Shown: positions 25,619 to 32,000 of the stretch, one piece after another
Layout of the letters: each line of letters starts with the position of its first letter
Position numbering within the stretch: the stretch's first letter is position 1
Notes under the pieces: model-generated
Database searches by the model: none
Told to the model about the DNA's origin: nothing
Seen by the model: only the letters and a program-made list of their open reading frames with translations
Source: Ignicoccus pacificus DSM 13166
GTDB taxonomy: Archaea; Thermoproteota; Thermoprotei_A; Sulfolobales; Ignicoccaceae
Direction of reading: 5' to 3'
Assembly (NCBI GenBank): GCA_025340205.1
Contig: CP006868.1
Coordinates: forward strand, 210,001-242,000
Length of the DNA stretch: 32,000 nt
Program-made: the position numbers and the translations under genes

Positions 25619-25746
25619 GGCCCGGTCCCAGCACGGGGCGGCTGCGGCGCCTCTCGGACGCCACGGCCAGACCCCGCGCGACCGGCTTAACTACCGGGTT
25701 CGAGATGGGTCCGGGTGTTGCCCGGTCGCTATGGCCGGGCCGGGCC
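25619..25746 (-). rRNA. 5S ribosomal RNA (stand-alone)
   Basis: The minus strand reads GGCCCGGCCCGGCCATAGCGACCGGGCAACACCCGGACCCATCTCGAACCCGGTAGTTAAGCCGGTCGCGCGGGGTCTGGCCGTGGCGTCCGAGAGGCGCCGCAGCCGCCCCGTGCTGGGACCGGGCC. This matches the conserved crenarchaeal 5S core, and the two ends pair to form helix I. A TTTAAAAA TATA box lies about 25 nt upstream. The ends are good to within 2 nt. Confidence 0.9.
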
Positions 25747-25779
25747 ATGTGAGGGCTGGGAGGAGGGATTTTTAAATAT

Positions 25780-27015
25780 TTACCCTTTGATCAGTCCGAA
25801 CTTTCTTGCAGAGATCTCCAGCGCTTTGAGGGCAGGAAGTTCCTTCCCGGACAGGAAGGCTAGGAGAGCGCCTCCTCCGGTGCTTATGTGACCCACCCTA
25901 TCCTTCATCCCCAATTCCTCTATGACCGCGGTGAGGTGACCTCCTCCGAAGATGGTGAAGGCACCGCTTTCTAGGGCAGCTCTGACCAACTCCTTCGTTC
26001 CCTTCCTAAACCTAGGATCCTCCATAACTCCAGCGGGTCCCCTCATCACGACTACCTTAGCTTCCTTGATGAGCTCGGAGTAGGACCTTATAGTTGCCGG
26101 CCCTATGTCCCTTATCAAGCCAGTGACGTTGTACGCTGGCTCAACTTTCACGTTTCCTTCCTCATCTACAGTTACGAAGTCGAGGGGAACGTCTATCGGA
26201 GCTCCGGAGAGTAAGAGCTTTCTAGCTTTAGGAACTAGGGACAATATACCCTTCTTCTCTAGGAACTTCATGTTGCTTTCTCCTAGATCTATTCCTTTAG
26301 CGACCAAGAAGAGCTCGGAGAGGAGGCCAGTGGTTAGGATCCTATCTGCGACCTTGTTCTCAACTATGTTCTCTATTATGCTCAAGCTGTCGGGGACCTT
26401 TCCGCCTCCCAGAACGAAGACCTTCGGGGAGACCTTGGGGTTGAATATCTTGGATAAAGCCTCCACTTCCTTTTGCATCAACCTTCCCATAACTGAGGGG
26501 AGGACCATTGGGAATCCAACTATGCTCGGCTGGGACCTGTGGGCAGTGGCGAAGGCGTCGTTGACATAATAGTCGAAGAGCTTAGCCAACCTTCTAACCA
26601 AGTAGGTCTTTTCTTGAACCTCGGGAGGAGCGTTTATGTTCTCTTCAGCTAGGAATCTGACGTTGTCCAAGAGCAATACCTCGCCGGGTTTCAAGTTCTT
26701 GATCCTCCTCCTAGCCTCCGGTCCCATTACGTCTTCCACGAATTGAACGCTTTGACCTAGAAGGGCGGAAAGCTTTGCGGCGTGTGGCTCTAAGGTAATG
26801 AAGTCGCTCTCTCCGGGCCTCCCTTGATGGGAAACGACTACTACGGCGGCCCCCCTTTCCAACAGTTCCTTTATCGTGGGGACGTGAGCCCTTATCCTGC
26901 TGTCGTCCAGCAGCTCCTCGTTATCTCCGACGGGGGAGTTGAAGTCCACCCTCAAGAGCACCTTCTTCCCGCTGACGTCTATGTCATCCAACGTCGGAAG
27001 CTTCAGTTGACTCAA
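25780..27015 (-). CDS. pgk: Phosphoglycerate kinase
   Basis: RVDFNSPV, the VVSHQGRPG-type N-domain and the C-terminal GGGHLTAV...STGGGA motifs are present. Confidence 0.95.
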   Translation of the reverse strand: MSQLKLPTLDDIDVSGKKVLLRVDFNSPVGDNEELLDDSRIRAHVPTIKELLERGAAVVVVSHQGRPGESDFITLEPHAAKLSALLGQSVQFVEDVMGPEARRRIKNLKPGEVLLLDNVRFLAEENINAPPEVQEKTYLVRRLAKLFDYYVNDAFATAHRSQPSIVGFPMVLPSVMGRLMQKEVEALSKIFNPKVSPKVFVLGGGKVPDSLSIIENIVENKVADRILTTGLLSELFLVAKGIDLGESNMKFLEKKGILSLVPKARKLLLSGAPIDVPLDFVTVDEEGNVKVEPAYNVTGLIRDIGPATIRSYSELIKEAKVVVMRGPAGVMEDPRFRKGTKELVRAALESGAFTIFGGGHLTAVIEELGMKDRVGHISTGGGALLAFLSGKELPALKALEISARKFGLIKG

Positions 27016-27114
27016 AACCCGATCCCCCTATAACCATGGCATAGCAAAGGTTTTATTTTGGAGGAGCGGTCCCCTCCTTAAGCTTAAAGCAACTCACTTA
27101 CTCCCGTAAAAGCC

Positions 27115-27145
27115 CCCTCCTCCCTTCGACCAGGGAAGAGGAGGG
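27115..27145 (+). promoter_or_regulatory. GC-rich hairpin that sequesters the SD-like GAGGAGGG just upstream of the MFS start codon
   Basis: CCCTCCTC (27115-27122) pairs with GAGGAGGG (27138-27145), and CCT (27123-27125) pairs with AGG (27132-27134). The loop is 6 nt with a 3-nt bulge. The ATG is at 27147. Confidence 0.3.
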
Positions 27146-27146
27146 A

Positions 27147-28220
27147 ATGACGTACGCTCTGCTAATAGCAACGTTCATAGGAGTAATATGCGGGATGACG
27201 CTAAGGACCGCTAGCGCCTTCAAGGAAGTTGGGAGCGCTTGGGCGTTCATGGCCCTACTTGCCTTGGCCTTCTCAATAGGGAGAGGGACGTCCTCACTCA
27301 TCTCGGGCGAGGCCGCTAAGAGATATGGAAGTAAGGTAACAGCCCTAGGCTTCTTCTCCCTAGGGACTGTGGGATTAGGCTATGCCTTCGGACCCCCTTC
27401 CCTATATCCTATTCTCAGAATATTCCACGGCATCTCTTCCGGAATCACTTGGCCCTCCATGCAAGCCTTGGTAATGAACATGGCTCCCCCGGATAAGAGG
27501 GCCAGGGTAGCTTCCATATACTTCTTCATAGGAAGCTTGGGCATGAGCATTGCATATCTGATAGGAAGCGCCTTCAGTTACTCCGCTTTGTACGTGGCCC
27601 CCTTCGTCCTGTACTCGCTCGGTATAACGATGCTCAAGGTTTCTGGTAAGGTCGGAAAGGTTCAAAAGAAGGTGGAAAAGGGAATATTCTCGCCACCGTC
27701 CTCGACCCTCTTCCTAATGTCTATGACGACTGGTCTCTTAAACGTTCTAGTAAACACCGAGGTTACGATAGCATTCCTCTACTCCATGCTAGGAAAGCTT
27801 GGAGCTGGGTTGGCCTTGAGCTTTGCCTCGGCTGTGGGAACCATGATAAGTTATTTCCTAGGAAAGGAAATGCTTGACTTGAAGCAATCCCCTAAGGCAA
27901 TAGTCGTTCCCGGGGCGGTGTCCTTGGGATCCTCCTCATTGGTACTCACCGGTCACCCCGCCGTAACGGTGTTAGGGATAACCATGACCCAAGGAAGCAC
28001 CATGTGGTGGAGGAGCTTACTTATGGCCGTCGCCAGGAGCGGCGACGTGGGAAGGAGGGTAGGTTTGATCAATATGGGAAGAGACATAGGGGGAGTTGTG
28101 GGCTCTTCTCTCTTGGGCATCCTTGGTCCCTCCGCCTTACCCCTTCCCGTCCTCTTGGGAGCGGGCCTTACTGTTCTGGGAATAGGGATTATGGAGAGGA
28201 GCGGTGCTACTAAGGTATGA
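27147..28220 (+). CDS. MFS-type transporter
   Basis: 357 aa with about 10-12 hydrophobic helices and a loop motif resembling MFS motif A (PPDKRARV). Confidence 0.7.
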   Translation: MTYALLIATFIGVICGMTLRTASAFKEVGSAWAFMALLALAFSIGRGTSSLISGEAAKRYGSKVTALGFFSLGTVGLGYAFGPPSLYPILRIFHGISSGITWPSMQALVMNMAPPDKRARVASIYFFIGSLGMSIAYLIGSAFSYSALYVAPFVLYSLGITMLKVSGKVGKVQKKVEKGIFSPPSSTLFLMSMTTGLLNVLVNTEVTIAFLYSMLGKLGAGLALSFASAVGTMISYFLGKEMLDLKQSPKAIVVPGAVSLGSSSLVLTGHPAVTVLGITMTQGSTMWWRSLLMAVARSGDVGRRVGLINMGRDIGGVVGSSLLGILGPSALPLPVLLGAGLTVLGIGIMERSGATKV

Positions 28221-30247
28221 ACGTAATCGAATATATCAAGTTATATAAATTGAGCGCCGCTGAAGAAAGGGGAGAGTGTACTATGTGCTTGAAGGCCTCG
28301 CTGTTCCCCGACAGGATGTTTAAGCTGCGGATGGTGCTGCCGAAGAACGACGTGGACAAGGTAGTAGAGCTATTGACGGAGTTGGGAAGCTATGAACCAG
28401 CCGACATCAAGTTGAGCTTCGGAGAACCCATCGAGTGGGCTAGACACGACTTGTTGGTAGTGGTGGACCACATTACCAAGCTAGAGGGCTTCTTCGAGTA
28501 CTTCGAGCTCAGCATATTCCCCGAGCCCGAGAGGACCTACAAGTTCAAGAATTGGAGGGAGGCTGCCCAGACCGCTGTAAAGCTAGCCAAGGAAATAGAG
28601 GCCGAGTTTGAGGAAAAGATGAACAAGATAAGGGAAATAGAGACCAAGATGTTCGAGGTAAGCGCCCTTCTCAGCAAGCCTCAGACCCTCCCCGGAGAGC
28701 TCTTGGAGAAGCTGAAGGAGGCCGCCGGTCTAGTAGCCCTACACGAGATACCCAAGGACCTCCAGAAGGACATGGTAATTCTGGACGCGGCCGCTAAGGA
28801 GCTAGTGAAGCTAACTGAGGAGTTCGTGAGGAAGCTAGCTCTAAAGATACTGAAGGAGCTAGAGGAGGAGAAGAAGACCGTCTTCGAGGAGGCTAGGAGC
28901 TGGGCTTTGGAGAACGAGGAGAAGATTAAGCAAGTCTACGGCCTCCTCAAGACCGTTGAGGCCGCCCTAAAGGTATTGGCGAAGGGCAAGGAGACTGACT
29001 ACTTCGTCTACCTAGAGGGATACGTGCCGGAGAGCAAGATCAAGAAGACCTTGAAGAGGCTGCAAGAGCTGGTAGGCGAGAGCGGGTTCATAGTATCCCA
29101 CGTAGTTGACATGGATAAGGAGACTCCACCGACCTATGTCAAGGTAGAAAGCGAGGCTGTGAAGACTGCTTTGAACGTTGAGAACATCTACGGAGCCCCC
29201 AACCCTAGGGAGCTTGTCCCAGCGCTGATAATGGCATTAACGCTACCCTTCATCTACATGTTCATGTTCCCCGACTGGGGACACGCTTTAGTGCTAGTCC
29301 TCTTCGGCTGGGGCCTCGTTAACAGGAAGAACTGGGCCCTAGCAGTCTTCAAACCCTTCGGCGTCAAGAGGTTCACCAGCGGTACTGACTTCCTAGGTAA
29401 GATAATGATGCTCGTCGGAAGCGCCTCCATCATCACCGGTTGGCTCGCCGGCGAGTTCTTCGGTCCCCTTATCGGAGAGAGTATGGTAAACCCTGCCATG
29501 TGGCTGTGGAAGGGCCTAGGAATGGTACCGCCGCTGACCTTCGAACTGCACTACCTAGGAGACACCGTCATCAAGTACGTGCTGCTGAGCATCACCATAG
29601 GATACTTCCACTTGCTGATAGGACACCTAATAGGAATAGTTAACGAGGTGAGGTTCGGCAGAAAGTGGAAGGCAGTTCACTACGTACTGCCGTTCATGAT
29701 AATGTATCTAGTGGCAGGCGCTCCCTTCGTCGCAGGGTTCTTCGCCAGTGGACTCGGAAGCAACATACAACAGATGATGTACCTTAGCGGAAAGTACTTC
29801 GGAGAGTGGATGTTCGATCTGAAGGCCGGAACCATAGGGCCTCTAATGGTGATCTTCATACTAGCGCTCCTCTGGAGGGGCTACGGAATACACCTAGAGC
29901 TAGTTCATGAGTACGGTAAGAGCAGTGGTTCAATGCTGGGAATGGAGCTCTTCGAGAACTTCCTACTGGTAATAAGCAACCTAGTGTCTTACCTGAGGAT
30001 TATGGCGCTGGCGCTAGCCCACTGGGGACTGGTGTTCGCGTTCCAGATAATCGGAGAGCTGGGAGGACCAGTAATGCTGGTAATACTGTACTTCCTAGCG
30101 AACATACTGGTCATAATGCTAGAGGGTCTGGTGAGCTTCATCCACGACATAAGGTTGCACTTCTACGAGTGGTTCACCAAGTTCTACGTGGACAGAGGAA
30201 GGATGTTCGAGCCCGCCAGACAGATAGTGAGGGTCAGGATAGAGTAA
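28217..30247 (+). CDS. atpI: A-type (A1Ao) ATP synthase subunit I
   Basis: The roughly 320-aa N-terminus is soluble and coiled-coil, followed by a polytopic C-terminus containing SYLRIMALALAHWGL (the conserved Arg helix of subunit a/I). The true start may be M23 at 28283. Confidence 0.85.
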   Translation: MNVIEYIKLYKLSAAEERGECTMCLKASLFPDRMFKLRMVLPKNDVDKVVELLTELGSYEPADIKLSFGEPIEWARHDLLVVVDHITKLEGFFEYFELSIFPEPERTYKFKNWREAAQTAVKLAKEIEAEFEEKMNKIREIETKMFEVSALLSKPQTLPGELLEKLKEAAGLVALHEIPKDLQKDMVILDAAAKELVKLTEEFVRKLALKILKELEEEKKTVFEEARSWALENEEKIKQVYGLLKTVEAALKVLAKGKETDYFVYLEGYVPESKIKKTLKRLQELVGESGFIVSHVVDMDKETPPTYVKVESEAVKTALNVENIYGAPNPRELVPALIMALTLPFIYMFMFPDWGHALVLVLFGWGLVNRKNWALAVFKPFGVKRFTSGTDFLGKIMMLVGSASIITGWLAGEFFGPLIGESMVNPAMWLWKGLGMVPPLTFELHYLGDTVIKYVLLSITIGYFHLLIGHLIGIVNEVRFGRKWKAVHYVLPFMIMYLVAGAPFVAGFFASGLGSNIQQMMYLSGKYFGEWMFDLKAGTIGPLMVIFILALLWRGYGIHLELVHEYGKSSGSMLGMELFENFLLVISNLVSYLRIMALALAHWGLVFAFQIIGELGGPVMLVILYFLANILVIMLEGLVSFIHDIRLHFYEWFTKFYVDRGRMFEPARQIVRVRIE

Positions 30248-30249
30248 CC

Positions 30250-30280
30250 TTTTTGATCAAGGTTAATCCTCCCACTTTTT
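30250..30280 (+). terminator. Possible archaeal oligo-T terminators after atpI
   Basis: Two T5 runs (30250-30254 and 30276-30280) lie directly after the stop codon. The palindrome GGAACGTAGGTTCC follows. Confidence 0.25.
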
Positions 30281-30318
30281 AGGAACGTAGGTTCCTATCC
30301 TAGATCGGCATGATTTAG

Positions 30319-32000
30319 ATGAGGGATCCAGCGCTCCTAGCGTCGCTGGCGTTGCTCTTCGACGAAAGGCTCTTCGATATCTTAAACTTACCAAAGGTAA
30401 CTTTATATGTTAACAAGAGGAGGAGGCTGAGTCAAGAGGAGTTTCAAGAGTTTAGAGAGCTAATCAAGGAACTCGGCGCGTCGTGGGACCCCGGAAGGAG
30501 GTCTTGGAAGCTAATCCCTTCGTTCAGGATACAAGAGGCCCAAAGGGTTGAGGAGATAATCGAGAAGCTCAAGGACTTGGCAGAATTTGTCGTAGAGGTG
30601 AACGGAAAGGAGGAAAAGGTCTACCTAGATGGGGACTCCATAGTCTCAGCTCTCATGTTCGCAAACGAGGAACTGGAGAGGAAGGCCAAGGAGTTGAAGG
30701 GAAGGATCTGCTTTAGACTCATGAGACTTGGAGCCGAAAAGTTCAAGGAATTGTTAAAGTACGCCACTTACGACAAGCTTACTAAGAGCTTCTGCCTAGA
30801 CGTAAGGACTCCCGTTCCGAGGGAGCTAGTTGAAACAATGTTCTACTCCGCCGCGGACACCAACGCGATACTAGCTGCCTTCGCCCTCCTCGAATCCGCT
30901 CAAGAAGGAAGCGTTATCTTTGAAGGGAATACTGTACTCATAAAGATGGATCCTCAAAAGCTGAAACTCTTCGCCTTTAGGGCCGAGAGCTACGAGGAGT
31001 GCGACCTCCGTTCACCGGAAATAGAGAAGGAGAGGAGAGAGAACGCCCTCAGCTACTGCGAGTACAAGTGGGTGAACGAAGGAGGGGAGCTCCAGCTGGT
31101 AGGAGTTCCTAGGAGGCTCTACGAGCTCGGGGACGAGTGGGTAAGGGTATACAGAGGGTTGTACAAGAGGGCGCTAAGGCTTATAGATGAAGAGCCTAAG
31201 GTTTTGTTCAACGACAAGATGCCCGAGGAGACCTCTCAAGACTTCTTGAGAGACTATCAGAGGGAGGCGGTGAACTCAGCCTTAAAGCTCTTGAGAATAC
31301 AAGGTGCTGCGACGATTCAAGCTGCCACGGGAGCCGGAAAGACCGAGATGGCGGTCGCTCTAGTGAAGGATCTAATGGATAAAGGTATAATTAAGAAAGT
31401 ATTCTTTCTGAGTCTTAACAGGACGCTCAACATTCAAGCTGCTGAGAGGTTTAGGAAATACGGGATAGAGGCTGGATTGGTGGACTCGGAGAACTTCCAG
31501 ATAGACAAGCCGGTCGTCGCTTGCACCGTCCAGACGCTCTACAAGTCATTGGAGAAGTTGGGTAAAGCCAGAAAGGTAGAGTCCGAAAAGGTAGAGGACG
31601 TACTCATTGAGGGTTTTGACTTAGGCCTCGAGAAATCGAAGAAACTCGTAAACGAGTACTTGAGAGCTGACATGATAGTAGTAGACGAGGTTCAACACGT
31701 TCCGGCTAGAACAGTGGCTGAGGTAATTCAAGCGAATCCCTTCTCTCTGAGACTTGGTCTCTCCGCAACTCCTTGGAGGGACGACGGAAGGGACGTAATG
31801 ATATACGCTTTGATTGGTGATATAGCTGAGAGGAGGATCTACTCGAGCGAACTGATAGCTAAAGGGTACTTGGTGCCCGTTGAGATCTACATGTGGCAGA
31901 GGAAGCTTGAAGTAGACGAGGAGATGAAGGACTTGTTAAGGGGACTTCAAGGAGCGCAGAAGTATGCTAAGCTGAAGAACTTCGTATTCTATAACGATAA
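30319..32000 (+). CDS. SF2 DEAD/DEAH-box (ResIII/XPB-like) helicase with a roughly 300-aa uncharacterised N-terminal region; 3'-truncated by the window edge
   Basis: This ORF is not in the supplied track. I translated it by hand and it is open from the ATG at 30319 (an in-frame TAG lies immediately upstream) to position 32000, with no stop. Motifs seen are LRDYQREAV, motif I AATGAGKT (31321-31344), motif II DEVQH (31684-31698) and motif III SATP. Confidence 0.85.
   Translation, partial: MRDPALLASLALLFDERLFDILNLPKVTLYVNKRRRLSQEEFQEFRELIKELGASWDPGRRSWKLIPSFRIQEAQRVEEIIEKLKDLAEFVVEVNGKEEKVYLDGDSIVSALMFANEELERKAKELKGRICFRLMRLGAEKFKELLKYATYDKLTKSFCLDVRTPVPRELVETMFYSAADTNAILAAFALLESAQEGSVIFEGNTVLIKMDPQKLKLFAFRAESYEECDLRSPEIEKERRENALSYCEYKWVNEGGELQLVGVPRRLYELGDEWVRVYRGLYKRALRLIDEEPKVLFNDKMPEETSQDFLRDYQREAVNSALKLLRIQGAATIQAATGAGKTEMAVALVKDLMDKGIIKKVFFLSLNRTLNIQAAERFRKYGIEAGLVDSENFQIDKPVVACTVQTLYKSLEKLGKARKVESEKVEDVLIEGFDLGLEKSKKLVNEYLRADMIVVDEVQHVPARTVAEVIQANPFSLRLGLSATPWRDDGRDVMIYALIGDIAERRIYSSELIAKGYLVPVEIYMWQRKLEVDEEMKDLLRGLQGAQKYAKLKNFVFYND

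Noticed and set aside
25587-25775. 62-aa plus-strand ORF.
   Set aside because: It lies entirely antisense within the 5S rRNA gene. It is a GC-rich artefact.
1413-29643. Many shorter track ORFs nested antisense or out of frame inside longer genes. Examples are 1413..1715, 1985..2170, 4420..4713, 7415..7696, 8073..8396, 8333..8548, 8599..8799, 10001..10198, 10576..10764, 10839..11048, 11153..11356, 12151..12600, 12619..12867, 13758..14018, 15266..15835, 16674..17146, 18382..18681, 19239..19481, 21128..21502, 22133..22562, 23758..24066, 24875..25429, 26105..26569, 27402..27665, 28004..28213 and 29254..29643.
   Set aside because: Each overlaps a longer ORF that has clear family motifs. Their translations are low-complexity or Arg/Ser/Pro-rich, as is typical of shadow frames in GC-moderate archaeal genes.

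Overview
This is an archaeal chromosome segment, most likely from a hyperthermophilic crenarchaeote (Thermoprotei, Desulfurococcales/Sulfolobales-like). Supporting signs are an archaeal ApgM, an archaeal-type riboflavin synthase, A-type ATPase subunit I, a stand-alone 5S rRNA, CCA-encoding tRNAs and many apparently leaderless genes with a TATA box about 25 nt upstream. The 26-nt CRISPR repeat also fits: its transcribed 3' end (AUAGAAAG) resembles the crenarchaeal AUUGAAAG crRNA tag.

Layout:
- 99-893: a CRISPR array of 10 repeats with degenerate relics at its distal end, and a leader at about 894-1030. No cas gene follows on the leader side anywhere in the window.
- 1.36-4.02 kb: a V4R protein, apgM and an overlapping HEPN/MNT pair.
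- About 4.03-9.39 kb: a visibly AT-richer accessory island abutting tRNA-Glu(CUC). It holds two intact orphan ORFs, about 1.9 kb of ORF-poor decayed sequence with a frameshifted PIN (VapC-like) relic, and a well-formed C/D box sRNA. It also holds a secreted DUF2341/LamG gene interrupted by one in-frame TGA, and a tyrosine integrase broken by two frameshifts.
- 9.5-32 kb: mostly core genes. These are a four-gene translationally coupled ABC/membrane/XRE operon with a palindromic operator, a SagB-type nitroreductase, ribC, a 727-aa polytopic membrane protein, a PflX-like radical SAM protein and a DRG/Obg-type GTPase. They continue with a secreted thermonuclease-LTD, TldD, a uridine-kinase-like protein, a CPA2 antiporter with CBS domains, tRNA-Leu(UAG), eno, a family-4 UDG, a degenerate ABC-like pseudo-ATPase, 5S rRNA, pgk, an MFS transporter and atpI. 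The last gene is an SF2 helicase that runs off the window end and is missing from the supplied ORF track.

I did not find an unambiguous, complete new multi-gene system. The best leads are these:
- The two intact orphan genes at 4068-4766, inside an otherwise decaying island.
- A sequence motif shared by the CRISPR leader, the upstream region of that orphan cassette and a third island locus.
- The island-borne C/D box sRNA.
- The pseudo-ATPase at 24664-25581.
- The novel N-terminal region of the helicase.

All family assignments come from motif recognition by eye, not from searches.
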